A stretch of 64,000 nucleotides of DNA from Desulfocapsaceae bacterium. GTDB taxonomy: Bacteria; Desulfobacterota; Desulfobulbia; Desulfobulbales; Desulfocapsaceae. Numbering within the stretch: position 1 is the stretch's first letter; every line of letters starts with the position of its first letter. Position numbers and translations under genes: made by a program. Below, in pieces: positions 10,044 to 19,609 of this stretch. The notes below the pieces were generated by a model. It saw nothing but the letters and a program-made list of their open reading frames with translations. It was not told the DNA's origin and made no database searches. The stretch lies in NCBI GenBank assembly GCA_050291935.1, contig JBNKKR010000004.1:3206-67205 (forward strand), read 5' to 3'.

Positions 10044-10715
10044 ATGATAGTTGCAGAACGAAAGCCCATGGCTGAGATCATTGGAATGGTACAGGAATGT
10101 AAAAAAATTCTGGTACTGGCTTGTCGTGGCTGTGTTACAGTTTGTTCGGCAGGAGGTGAAAGAGAGGCGGAAATTCTCTCCTCTTTAATTCGTCTTGGAA
10201 TGCGGAAGGCAGGGAAATCCATTGAGGTTACAATGGCAAGTCTGGTTCGGCAATGTGACCGTGAATATATTGATGAGATTGATCAGTTTAAGGATGCTGG
10301 TTATGATGCCATTGTCTCCACAGCCTGTGGAGTTGGGGTAAATTTTATCTCTAATCTTAGACAGGATCTAATGGTTTATCCGGCTTTGAATACAACCTTT
10401 TTTGGTGGTTCAGCATCCCAGGGAGAGTGGACGGAGCAATGTGCAGGTTGCGGGGACTGTGTGCTGCATCTCACTGGTGGTCTTTGTCCGGTCGCTCGTT
10501 GTGCCAAAAGTTTAATGAACGGTCCCTGTGGCGGCTCTGTTGATGGGAGGTGTGAAATAAACAGTGAGGTGGAATGTATTTGGCAATCCATCCACGATAG
10601 GCTTGGAGCTTTTGATAGAGCTGCACAAATGGAGACCATTGCTCCAATTCGTGACTGGTCAAATGCCGGGCATGGTGGGCCGAGGAAAATTGTGCGCAAT
10701 GATTTGACTGTGTAA
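10044..10715 (+). CDS. methylenetetrahydrofolate reductase C-terminal domain protein (MetV-like)
   Basis: Cys-rich CAGCGDCVLHLTGGLCPVARCAKSLMNGPCGG motif typical of the MTHFR_C/MetV family. No metF is present in the window. Confidence 0.7.
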   Translation: MIVAERKPMAEIIGMVQECKKILVLACRGCVTVCSAGGEREAEILSSLIRLGMRKAGKSIEVTMASLVRQCDREYIDEIDQFKDAGYDAIVSTACGVGVNFISNLRQDLMVYPALNTTFFGGSASQGEWTEQCAGCGDCVLHLTGGLCPVARCAKSLMNGPCGGSVDGRCEINSEVECIWQSIHDRLGAFDRAAQMETIAPIRDWSNAGHGGPRKIVRNDLTV

Positions 10716-10758
10716 ACGCAGTTTTTTTATACTACTCTCCTGATGGGAGGTTCTGATT

Positions 10759-10793
10759 CGCCCATGTACTTTGTACAAGGGCGTTTTTGTTTT
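10759..10793 (+). terminator. Rho-independent terminator after the MetV-like gene
   Basis: CGCCCATGTAC-TTT-GTACAAGGGCG (11-bp stem, one mismatch) followed by TTTTTGTTTT. Confidence 0.8.
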
Positions 10794-10824
10794 AACTATA
10801 TATTTGTATTGATAGGAGAAATAA

Positions 10825-12033
10825 GTGGTTCAGCCATTGGATCTGGAAGATGCGCAACGGAAAATTATTGACTCCTGCCAAGTGCTTTCTTCTGAAAAAG
10901 TGGGACTTTCTGCGGCGCCTGGGCGGATTGCGGCGAGACCGCATCTTGCCCTTTCGCCATTACCGGGTTATGACGCCTCGCTACGTGATGGCTACGCCAT
11001 TGGAGCAATGCAGGTTGGTGATGGTAACGGACAAACAGAGTTTCAGGTCACCGATCTGCTGGCGGCAGGAGATTTGCGGAGGATAGACGTTGGGCAGGGG
11101 GAAGCGGTACGGATAATGACCGGTGCGCAGGTTCCAGACGGCTGTCAGCAAATTATACCCCAAGAAGATTGTACTATTTTTGGAAGGCGTCTCACCATAG
11201 CTTTAGAAAATGTATCTCGTAATAAGCACTATATCCATAGAAGGGGCTGTGACATTGCTGAAGGGGAAACAATTGTAGAAGAGGGCACAGTAATCAGTTG
11301 TGAACAGCAGGTCCTTTTGGCAGGTTGCGGCTATGTCTTTGCCGATGTGGTCAAAAAAGCAGCGGTGAGATTTTTCTGTACTGGAAGTGAGCTTGTGGCC
11401 ACAGGGAGTCAGACAGCAGTGGAAAAAGGGCAGCGTTTTTCTGCAAATGGCCACTTGTTGTCCGGGTTGATAGAAAGATGTGGTGGGGTACTACAGGGGC
11501 AGGAATTTGTAGATGATGATATAGACCATGTCTCGGCATGTATGCAAAGAATGGTTAATGACGGTTGTGATGTATTGCTTTCCACGGGCGGGATGGGACC
11601 TGGAAAGTTTGATCTGACCAAAGATGCCTTTATTCAATGTGGGGGAGAAATTATATTTGATTCTTTGCGGATGCGCCCTGGAAAAGCGATTCTTTTCGGG
11701 AAATTGGATGGCGTTTTGTTTTTTGGCCTTCCCGGTCCACCACCTGCGGTGCAGCTTTTGTTTCATGCATTGGTTCGTCCAGCTCTTGTCGCCCTGCAAG
11801 GTGCTTCTTTTTCTCTTGCACAAAAGAGTAAAGCGAAGTTGACCGAAAAACTTCCACTGGGAAAGCATGGCTTGCTTCGGTTAAAAAGCGGATATTTTTC
11901 TTTTGCTGACGGATATTGTCTTGTCCGCCCAGCAAGGAAAAAAGAGTCTGCCAACTGTTATATTTACTGTCCCTCGGATGTGCAGGTTTTGGAGCAAGGT
12001 GACGTTGTGGATGTGTATGTCTTGTCAGCTTGA
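10825..12033 (+). CDS. moeA: molybdopterin molybdotransferase MoeA
   Basis: 402 aa. MoeA N-terminal, linker, MoCF-binding (LSTGGMGPGKFD) and C-terminal domains are recognisable. GTG start with AGGAG 7 nt upstream. Confidence 0.85.
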   Translation: MVQPLDLEDAQRKIIDSCQVLSSEKVGLSAAPGRIAARPHLALSPLPGYDASLRDGYAIGAMQVGDGNGQTEFQVTDLLAAGDLRRIDVGQGEAVRIMTGAQVPDGCQQIIPQEDCTIFGRRLTIALENVSRNKHYIHRRGCDIAEGETIVEEGTVISCEQQVLLAGCGYVFADVVKKAAVRFFCTGSELVATGSQTAVEKGQRFSANGHLLSGLIERCGGVLQGQEFVDDDIDHVSACMQRMVNDGCDVLLSTGGMGPGKFDLTKDAFIQCGGEIIFDSLRMRPGKAILFGKLDGVLFFGLPGPPPAVQLLFHALVRPALVALQGASFSLAQKSKAKLTEKLPLGKHGLLRLKSGYFSFADGYCLVRPARKKESANCYIYCPSDVQVLEQGDVVDVYVLSA

Positions 12034-12854
12034 CACGATGGACAGAAAAAAGTTGTCCTCCCGCAAATGTTTATTTTCTCAATGATATGACCACACTTCT
12101 CGCAAGCTACTCCAGCTTTAGCATAAATTTGAAAGTTGATCTGGAAGTAGCCACCTTCACCTGCAGCATTGACATAATCACTAATGGTGGAACCACCACA
12201 GGCGATGGCGTGACGCAGAGTATTGCGAATGGTGCGTATTAAGATCCGCCACTCTTTGTTCTCAAGGGAAAAAGCGGGTTTTGCCGGATGGATCTTTGCT
12301 CGAAAAAGGGATTCATTCGCGTAAATATTTCCAATTCCGGCCATAACCTTGCTGTCCATGATAAAGGCTTTAATGGCTAGCGTGCGGTTTTTTGCGCGTT
12401 TTTGGAGATAGTTTGCCGTACACGTTCGTCCCAAAGGCTCTGGCCCAATACCACTAAAGAATTTTTTTTCGTCTTGCCTTGCCGTTTGGGGCGGAAAAAG
12501 ATGGATGGCACCAAAACGTCTGGAGTCATTGAAACGCATTTCCATACCATTGTCCAGGAGCCAGCAAAAATGGTCATGTTTTTTTAGTCGTGTATCTTTG
12601 GGGAATAAGCCAATATTTCCGGTCATTCCAAGATGGATAATAAGGTAGCCACCATTACTTATCTTTATACAAAGGTACTTGGCGCGACGGGTGATAGAAT
12701 GGATCTGCTGGCCAAGGAGTTCATCTTGCATATCCTGCAGGTCAACGTTTGCACGCAGTGGCATGCCGGAGCTTTGGATTTTTGTAATGGTACTGCCGAG
12801 GATAAGAGGCTGGAGCCCTCGGCAGATTACTTCTACTTCAGGCAACTCGGGCAT
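11964..12854 (-). CDS. mutM: formamidopyrimidine-DNA glycosylase (Fpg/MutM)
   Basis: The functional start must be the internal MPELPEVE at 12854, because the catalytic Pro2 requires it. H2TH region present, and a C-terminal zinc finger CEKCG...CPSCQ. The tracked ORF begins 18 codons further upstream. Confidence 0.9.
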   Translation of the reverse strand: MPELPEVEVICRGLQPLILGSTITKIQSSGMPLRANVDLQDMQDELLGQQIHSITRRAKYLCIKISNGGYLIIHLGMTGNIGLFPKDTRLKKHDHFCWLLDNGMEMRFNDSRRFGAIHLFPPQTARQDEKKFFSGIGPEPLGRTCTANYLQKRAKNRTLAIKAFIMDSKVMAGIGNIYANESLFRAKIHPAKPAFSLENKEWRILIRTIRNTLRHAIACGGSTISDYVNAAGEGGYFQINFQIYAKAGVACEKCGHIIEKINICGRTTFFCPSCQADKTYTSTTSPCSKTCTSEGQ

Positions 12855-13638
12855 GGGGAAGATTCCTTCTGTTTTGCTGACAACAGAGCGCAAGGCCATA
12901 TTTTTCATGAAATAGGCTTGTGACCACCTGGAGGAGGCCGTTTTTGCTTTTCAGTGAGAACAGTAAAAGGTTGTTGTTGTGGAAATGGCGCTCAATACCA
13001 ATAAGTTCCAGTTCTAAAAATCCAGGAATACCAAACGGACTGCACATTTTTTTTGCAGCTTCTTTTGCGCTCCAGAGTAGAGTAAGTCTGTTGATTGGTG
13101 AATAGGTAGAGAGAATGTCTGCTAATATTTTTTCTTCGGGCACATTGCAGAAGCGGTCCTGAACTCTGGTGAATGTCGATGCAGTATATTGAATATCTAT
13201 ACCGCAAAGGCAATCACTACAAACGGCTGTGGCAAATTCTTTAGAATGGCTGATGGAGAGTTCCGGTACCTCAGTTCCTAATTTTGTTGGTAAATTGGGG
13301 CGGCCATCTTCTGTTGATTGTATACGGTAATATGTGGGAGAAATTGGTTGAGCCTGAGGAGTGATAGTATGGAGAATGGTCTGTGTGCTGTGTTTGGCAC
13401 AGATTCTCCCTCCTAACCATTCATCTGCTCGTTTTGCCAGGGTAAAACTCTCATATTTCTTTATTTCCTGGGGGTGAAGCCAAGCCGCTTGGTATTTATC
13501 ACCATCATTTTGCATGGAATCCAATTTAAGGATGCTCACAGCAATTGCACCTGTGGCAAAAGTCTTGTCGCATAGGGAGAGAAAGCCAGGTGGTTCAGCT
13601 TCAAAGGTAAGTTGTATTTCAGGGGCGCTACCAGGCAT
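12838..13638 (-). CDS. 4'-phosphopantetheinyl transferase, Sfp-type
   Basis: 266 aa with ISISHSKEFATAV, GIDIQ and the WSAKEAAKK motif characteristic of the PPTase superfamily. Overlaps the mutM start by 17 nt. Confidence 0.75.
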   Translation of the reverse strand: MPGSAPEIQLTFEAEPPGFLSLCDKTFATGAIAVSILKLDSMQNDGDKYQAAWLHPQEIKKYESFTLAKRADEWLGGRICAKHSTQTILHTITPQAQPISPTYYRIQSTEDGRPNLPTKLGTEVPELSISHSKEFATAVCSDCLCGIDIQYTASTFTRVQDRFCNVPEEKILADILSTYSPINRLTLLWSAKEAAKKMCSPFGIPGFLELELIGIERHFHNNNLLLFSLKSKNGLLQVVTSLFHEKYGLALCCQQNRRNLPHARVA

Positions 13639-13730
13639 ATATATTATATCCTTGCATTTTAGATAATTTCAATTAATTAATTAGCCAGAGCGCTTTAAAT
13701 AAAAGGCCTTTTACTCTTTGGAGGAGATAC

Positions 13731-14342
13731 ATGAATGGCTCTTTAGGTTTAACGGGGTTTGACTTTATTGTCATTGGTATTTTTGTTCTCTTTGTAGCTC
13801 GTGGTTTATGGATCGGTTTTCTTCGTCAGGTGACCACCATTGTGGCCCTGGTTGTTGGCTACGTCATTGCCGGACAGTATCATGACAGACTTTTTCCTTT
13901 TTTACGAGACTTAAGCGAAAATCCACATGCTGTTTTTTGGGCGTCTTATGTGCTGCTTTTTGTTTTAACCTATGTGGTATGCATGCTCCTTGGCAAGGGG
14001 TTGGCAAAGGTGGTGGAGTTGACCATTGCCGGCTGGTTTGATAAACTCCTGGGTGGTCTGCTTGGCGTTGTGAAAGGCGGAGTTCTTATAATCCTGCTGC
14101 ATATGCTTCTTTCAAGTGTCCTGGCTCCAGAAAATAATATGCTCCGTGAGAGTTTTCTTTCTGTGTACATCGGCCAGGGAACAAAAATGTTTCGGTCAAT
14201 TATTAAAGATGAGAACATTCGCAAGAAATTTGTCCAGCAGATGCCAGCCATTCGGGAGAAAGAACCGCCACGTGGTGCGGATGGAGTTCGCCCCTTTGTC
14301 CCGGCACCTTCCCAGGAGGATTCATCGCCTCCTGTAAAATGA
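13731..14342 (+). CDS. cvpA: CvpA family membrane protein
   Basis: 203 aa with four predicted TM segments and a GFDFIVIGIFVLFVARGLWIGFLRQ start typical of CvpA/colicin V production proteins. Confidence 0.75.
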   Translation: MNGSLGLTGFDFIVIGIFVLFVARGLWIGFLRQVTTIVALVVGYVIAGQYHDRLFPFLRDLSENPHAVFWASYVLLFVLTYVVCMLLGKGLAKVVELTIAGWFDKLLGGLLGVVKGGVLIILLHMLLSSVLAPENNMLRESFLSVYIGQGTKMFRSIIKDENIRKKFVQQMPAIREKEPPRGADGVRPFVPAPSQEDSSPPVK

Positions 14343-14996
14343 GGCCAATGTTTCAATGGAAACGCCCAAATGGTACCCAATGAGCATTATTTGATTTATT
14401 AACGTTGTGCGAACAACTCCGGTTTTCTGCCATCGTCTTGCTGAGGTGGTGACTCGCTCTGGCAGGGTACGTATGGTACCTTTTCTTTTTGCCCGCCGCA
14501 CAAAAATATAATCTTCCATAATGGGGAGTTCGGGAAATCCGCCAAGGGTTTCAAAATCGCTCTTTCGGAGAAACAGTGCTTGGTCTCCGTAGGGTAAGTG
14601 TAAATACGTAGAGCGTATATTTGCTCCACTGGCGATAAGGTTTGTGGAAGGTGAAGAGGGCGAAATCCCGAGTGAAAATGCCCCAAGGATAACCGATTTG
14701 TCGGCAAGACATTCTGTGATGAGATCTGAAAAGAGTGGTGGCAAGCGGGTATCGGCATGCAAGAAAAGGAGAAGCGTTGATGTTGCCTTAGCTGCCCCCA
14801 GATTAAGTTGAGCACCCCTGCCCCTGTCTGTGAAAAAGAGTTTCCAGCCGTTATTCGTCGCAACTTCTTGGCTTGCGTCTGTACTGCCGCCATCAACAAC
14901 TATGACTTCATTGACATGATCACTGAGGAAGCGAAGTTTTGTAAGGTTTTGCTCCTCATTTAAGGTCGGAATAATAATTGAAATAGTGGAGATCAT
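14322..14996 (-). CDS. family 2 glycosyltransferase of the TIGR04283 type (rSAM/selenodomain- or arsenosugar-associated transferase 2)
   Basis: ISIIIPTLNEEQNL...VIVVDGGSTDAS GT-A fold start. Adjacent to a DUF2064 partner, as is usual for this family. Confidence 0.7.
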   Translation of the reverse strand: MISTISIIIPTLNEEQNLTKLRFLSDHVNEVIVVDGGSTDASQEVATNNGWKLFFTDRGRGAQLNLGAAKATSTLLLFLHADTRLPPLFSDLITECLADKSVILGAFSLGISPSSPSTNLIASGANIRSTYLHLPYGDQALFLRKSDFETLGGFPELPIMEDYIFVRRAKRKGTIRTLPERVTTSARRWQKTGVVRTTLINQIMLIGYHLGVSIETLASFYRRR

Positions 14997-15591
14997 CTGG
15001 AGTATCTATATCATGAAGTTTTTTAAGCAAGTGTGCTTGCAGTGAAAGCGCTTCTATTTTGGCGAGTGTTTTGCTCAGTACAGTACCACTTCCCCAGGGG
15101 ATATTGGTAAAGAGAGCCTGCAGCTGTATCGCTGTACAGGAGTTATTTGCACCAATAAGATAATATCCCCCATCAAAGGCAGGCCCCAAAACAATATCCT
15201 TTGCTTGCAGTGCTGAAAAAGCCTCTTCCAGTAGTTGTGGAGTGACTTCGGGACAGTCAGAGCCAAGGAGTATGCAGTTTTTTGTGTTTTGTAACGTGAG
15301 TGTTAGTGCATGGGCCATCCGTTCTCCGAGATCTCTTCCTTCTTGGGCAATAAAGTGTCGAGGCCCAAGCCACTTTTCCATTTCTTTTGCCGAAGCATCC
15401 GTATAAAAGATATGATATGCTGTTTGCTGTTTTGTGGCAAGGAAGCCTTCGATGGCCGTTATAGTGTGTGCTACCAGTTGCCGGTGAATGTCAGCGGCCT
15501 CTTGGGAGCTGTATTGTGGAAGCATCCTTGTCTTGCAGTGGCCCGGTCTGGGATAGCGGGTAAAGAGAATAATGGTGTTTAGCGTATTCAT
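14956..15591 (-). CDS. DUF2064/TIGR04282-type transferase (CofC-like nucleotidyltransferase fold)
   Basis: MNTLNTIILFTRYPRPGHCKTRMLP... is the DUF2064 N-terminus, so the internal ATG at 15591 is preferred over the tracked start at 15759. Confidence 0.7.
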   Translation of the reverse strand: MNTLNTIILFTRYPRPGHCKTRMLPQYSSQEAADIHRQLVAHTITAIEGFLATKQQTAYHIFYTDASAKEMEKWLGPRHFIAQEGRDLGERMAHALTLTLQNTKNCILLGSDCPEVTPQLLEEAFSALQAKDIVLGPAFDGGYYLIGANNSCTAIQLQALFTNIPWGSGTVLSKTLAKIEALSLQAHLLKKLHDIDTPDDLHYFNYYSDLK

Positions 15592-15594
15592 GAT

Positions 15595-16353
15595 ATGAAA
15601 AAACCGGAGTCGTATAGAAAACGTTCCTATCGAGCGTTGTTGGATGCTGCAGATTTCGTTTCTACAACGGTCCAGATTGAAGAGACGGATTTGCATATTC
15701 TGGCAGACCAGGAGGTGAGCGCCCTCGCTACCGACCTTATCGTACAATATCGATCTCAACTTGAGAATTATATTCTTCGGCAGCCCGCTTTTTTACGTGC
15801 TCTTACGCCTCTACCCAAAGACAAGATCGCCCCTCCTCTGATCAGACAGATGATAGAAGCCGGAAGACGAGCAGAAGTTGGCCCCATGGCCTCTGTTGCA
15901 GGAGCAATTGCTGAATTTGTGGGGCGTGGGTTGCTTGCAGGGGGTTGTAGGGAAGTGATGGTGGAAAATGGGGGGGATATCTTTATCAGCAGGCTGCATG
16001 ATTGTTCGGTGGCAATATTTGCCGGGGAATCTCCTTTGAGTTATAAGGTTGGTTTACGATTGCAAGGGCAAGAAATGCCCCTGGGCGTCTGTACCTCTTC
16101 CGGGACTGTTGGCCATTCCTTAAGTTTTGGGGCAGCGGATTCCGTGACCGTTATTGCCAAATCAACGTTACTAGCTGATGCAGCGGCGACCCGACTTGGT
16201 AACGAGGTCGGACAGGGAAAAAACGCAAAAAAAGGAATGCAACGAGCCCTTGATATTGCGGCAAGCATTGGAGGCATTACAGGTGTGGTGGTTATTTGCG
16301 GTGAGCTGATGGGGGCTTGGGGTGATGTGGAACTGGTAAACGTAGCGGTATAG
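15595..16353 (+). CDS. UPF0280 family protein (ApbE-like fold)
   Basis: 252 aa. The pattern YRKRSYRALLDAADFVSTTVQIEETDLHILAD and ...PMASVAGAIAEFVG... matches UPF0280. Confidence 0.65.
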   Translation: MKKPESYRKRSYRALLDAADFVSTTVQIEETDLHILADQEVSALATDLIVQYRSQLENYILRQPAFLRALTPLPKDKIAPPLIRQMIEAGRRAEVGPMASVAGAIAEFVGRGLLAGGCREVMVENGGDIFISRLHDCSVAIFAGESPLSYKVGLRLQGQEMPLGVCTSSGTVGHSLSFGAADSVTVIAKSTLLADAAATRLGNEVGQGKNAKKGMQRALDIAASIGGITGVVVICGELMGAWGDVELVNVAV

Positions 16354-16367
16354 TAGCAGAAACCTAT

Positions 16368-17249
16368 TTATATGGCCTTGCATTCATTGAGCAGCTTCTC
16401 TTTATGCTCCTGAACAAAAAGATCAATGTCTTCCTGCCATGGGGAGAAGACAGAAATGCTTGCTTCTTCAAGCCTGCTGTTGGTAAGGATTGAGTTCTGT
16501 GGTCTATGGGCAGGAGTGGGGTAGTCCGCAGTGGTGCATGGAATAAGGTTATGCGGGACCTGCATGGCAGCAAGAAAATAACATGCGCCCTGGTACCAGG
16601 TGCAAGAGCCGGTTGCGGTGGCATGAACAATGCCTTTGATTGAAACGTCTAGTAGCTGTTCAATCTGTCTTGCAAGGGTTGCCGTCCAGGTAAGAGAACC
16701 ATACTGGTCATCTACCACCTTAATTTCTTTTTCAGGGTCACTAAGTGCCAGGCGAAGCATGGTTTTTAAGAAATTGTTACCTGATATTCCATAAAGCCAT
16801 GCAGTACGTAGAATTAATGGATTTGATGCAAATTGCATAATTGCATCTTCGCCAGCCAATTTACTCTTTCCGTATTCCGAAAGTGGCTGGACCATGTCAC
16901 TTTCAAGGTATGTCTTTTCCGGTGTTTTTTTGCCGTCAAAAACGTAATCGGTAGAAATATGGATAAGCCTTGCGCCGATCATTTCAGCACAGGTGGCTAG
17001 ATTTTCAGGGCCAAGGCTGTTCACCCGCCAGGCAAGTTCTTTTTCTGCCTCACAGTTGTCAACCGCAGTGTAGGCCGCACAGTTAATAATGATTTCCGGC
17101 TGTTCATCCGTAATGGTCTTTTCTACTCTTTTTCTGTTGCCAATATCGAGCTCTTTGGAGCCATAGGAGATGACGATATGCTTTTTGTTTAGCAGAGTGG
17201 TGACATCATATCCCAGTTGTCCATGTCCACCGGTTACCAGGATTTTCAT
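16368..17249 (-). CDS. rfbD: dTDP-4-dehydrorhamnose reductase
   Basis: [13 protein letters not shown] Rossmann start and STDYVFDG motif. 4-nt overlap with rfbA. Confidence 0.9.
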   Translation of the reverse strand: MKILVTGGHGQLGYDVTTLLNKKHIVISYGSKELDIGNRKRVEKTITDEQPEIIINCAAYTAVDNCEAEKELAWRVNSLGPENLATCAEMIGARLIHISTDYVFDGKKTPEKTYLESDMVQPLSEYGKSKLAGEDAIMQFASNPLILRTAWLYGISGNNFLKTMLRLALSDPEKEIKVVDDQYGSLTWTATLARQIEQLLDVSIKGIVHATATGSCTWYQGACYFLAAMQVPHNLIPCTTADYPTPAHRPQNSILTNSRLEEASISVFSPWQEDIDLFVQEHKEKLLNECKAI

Positions 17250-18136
17250 GTGAAAAGTGCTCCCGTCTCCTGTTCCTGGACAATATCCATAAGGTATTGG
17301 CCATACTGGTTTTTTAGCATATCTTTGGCAAGTGTTTGCATCTGTGTGGCGTCGATATAGCCAAAGTTATAGGCAATTTCTTCGATACAGGCGACTTTCA
17401 GGCCTTGTCTGTTTTGCACTGCCTCCACATAACTTGAGGCCTGTTGCAACGATTCATGGGTTCCAGTATCCAGCCAACAAAATCCTCGGCTTAGGGGCTC
17501 CACCTGGAGTTTTCCCCTTTGCAGATAGGTCATATTGATGTCGGTTATTTCAAGTTCTCCCCGGGCGGAAGGTTTAATGCTTTTTGCGATGCTAACCACA
17601 TCATTGTCATAAAAATAGAGCCCAGGTACTGCAAATTTGGATTTTGGCTTAATCGGCTTTTCTTCAATACCAATAACTTTATTGTCTCCGTCAAATTCAA
17701 CTACGCCGTATCGCTCGGGATCTTTCACCGGATAACCAAAAATTAAGCCACCTTCTTTTAGGGTGGAGGCTTGGGTGAGGATCCTGGAAAAACCGGAGCC
17801 AAAAAAGATGTTATCGCCAAGTATCAGGGAAACGTTGTCCTCTCCTATGAATTCTTCTCCAATAATAAATGCCTGGGCCAGACCTTCGGGTCGTGGTTGT
17901 TTGGCGTAACTGATGGAGATCCCCAGTTGTGATCCATCGGCGAAGAGCTCTTTGAACTGTGGAAGATCGCGCGGTGTTGAAATAATAAGGATATCTTTGA
18001 TCCCTGCCAGCATAAGGACGGAAAGCGGGTAGTAGATCATTGGTTTGTCGTATACTGGAATTAATTGCTTGGAGAGTACCCGGGTTAAGGGGTAGAGTCT
18101 TGTGCCGGAACCGCCGGCCAGGATTATACCTTTCAT
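17246..18136 (-). CDS. rfbA: glucose-1-phosphate thymidylyltransferase
   Basis: [46 protein letters not shown] is nearly the canonical RmlA N-terminus. Confidence 0.95.
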   Translation of the reverse strand: MKGIILAGGSGTRLYPLTRVLSKQLIPVYDKPMIYYPLSVLMLAGIKDILIISTPRDLPQFKELFADGSQLGISISYAKQPRPEGLAQAFIIGEEFIGEDNVSLILGDNIFFGSGFSRILTQASTLKEGGLIFGYPVKDPERYGVVEFDGDNKVIGIEEKPIKPKSKFAVPGLYFYDNDVVSIAKSIKPSARGELEITDINMTYLQRGKLQVEPLSRGFCWLDTGTHESLQQASSYVEAVQNRQGLKVACIEEIAYNFGYIDATQMQTLAKDMLKNQYGQYLMDIVQEQETGALFT

Positions 18137-18235
18137 ATGTCTCGTGTGTTGAATTGCTGGGCTGTTTTTGTTATGCTATGTTTTGTTTTCCCAGACATTT
18201 CTACCCGAATAGCAATACTTTTTAAAGGATAAAAA

Positions 18236-19597
18236 ATGAGTGCTGAGCTCCCGTCATGTTTTAAGGCTTACGATGTCCGCGGCCAGGTCCCAGAAGAGCT
18301 TGATCAGGAACTGGTATACGATATCGGCAGGGCCTTTGCTGCGGTGTTTGGGCCCAAGCTGGTGGCGGTTGGATATGATATTCGTCTAACCAGCCAAGAG
18401 CTAAGCGAGGCGTTGATTGCCGGATTATGCGATTGTGGTGTTGATGTCCTGCGACTGGGACTGTGCGGTACTGAGGAAATGTATTATGCGGCCTTTAGCA
18501 ACGAGGACAAAGGAGTGGATGGTGGAATAATTGTCACTGCCAGCCATAATCCCTCTAATTATAACGGATTAAAATTTGTTAGCAAAGGCGGAAGCCCTGT
18601 GAGTGGTAAAACAGGCCTGCAGCAGATGGGTGCTTTGGTAATGCAAAAACGATTGCCAGGCGCCGCCAAAGTGTCTGGAAAAGTTACCGATTTTTTTGAT
18701 AAAAATTCATATATTAAACACCTTTTGCGCTACGTGGATGTGGATCAGTTGGCCCCATTTACCATTGTCTGTAATAATGGGAACGGTTGTGCGGCACCTG
18801 TTATTGATCTCCTTGAAAAAGAGCTACCGTTTACCTTTATCAAAACTTGCCATACTCCCGATGGTTCTTTTCCAAATGGGGTGCCCAATCCCCTACTTCC
18901 GGAAAAAAGGGCTGAGACAGCGGATCTTGTTACCCAACATGGAGCTGATTTTGGCATTGCCTGGGATGGAGATTTCGATCGCTGTTTTTTTTGGGATGAA
19001 AAGGGTACTTTTATTGAAGGCTACTATCTGGTGGGTTTACTTGGGCTTGAACTCCTGCGGAAAAATCCCGGTGCGAAAATTCTTCATGATCCACGTTTAA
19101 TCTGGAATACAAAAGAACTTATTGCAGGTGCTGGTGGTGTTCCCATTGTTACCCAGACCGGGCATGCACTTATAAAAAAACGCATGCGGGAAGAAGATGC
19201 TATTTATGGCGGAGAGATGTCTGCCCATCACTATTTTAAAAGCTTTGGTTACTGTGATTCCGGAATGATTCCCTGGCTGCTCGTGGCCTCACTGCTGAGT
19301 CGAAAAAAAGTTCCCCTTTCATCTCTTATTCGGGAGCGAGTGGCCGCTTACCCGGTATCTGGTGAGATTAATAGCCGGGTAAAAGATGCGGATGCGACCA
19401 TTGCTAAGATTAAGAAACAGTATAGTGGTGCGGAGATGGATTATACTGATGGTTTGTCGGTATCCTTTCCAACATTTCGCTTTAACGTACGAAAGTCGAA
19501 CACCGAATCGCTGCTCAGGTTAAATGTGGAAAGCCGGGGAGATGTCGCCTTGGTGGAAGAACAAACAGCCCTTTTGTTGGAACTGATTAGAAATTGA
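18236..19597 (+). CDS. manB: phosphomannomutase/phosphoglucomutase
   Basis: 453 aa. Active-site TASHNP, metal site DGDFDR, sugar-binding GGEMSAHH. Confidence 0.9.
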   Translation: MSAELPSCFKAYDVRGQVPEELDQELVYDIGRAFAAVFGPKLVAVGYDIRLTSQELSEALIAGLCDCGVDVLRLGLCGTEEMYYAAFSNEDKGVDGGIIVTASHNPSNYNGLKFVSKGGSPVSGKTGLQQMGALVMQKRLPGAAKVSGKVTDFFDKNSYIKHLLRYVDVDQLAPFTIVCNNGNGCAAPVIDLLEKELPFTFIKTCHTPDGSFPNGVPNPLLPEKRAETADLVTQHGADFGIAWDGDFDRCFFWDEKGTFIEGYYLVGLLGLELLRKNPGAKILHDPRLIWNTKELIAGAGGVPIVTQTGHALIKKRMREEDAIYGGEMSAHHYFKSFGYCDSGMIPWLLVASLLSRKKVPLSSLIRERVAAYPVSGEINSRVKDADATIAKIKKQYSGAEMDYTDGLSVSFPTFRFNVRKSNTESLLRLNVESRGDVALVEEQTALLLELIRN

Positions 19598-19609
19598 TGG
19601 GATAGTGAG

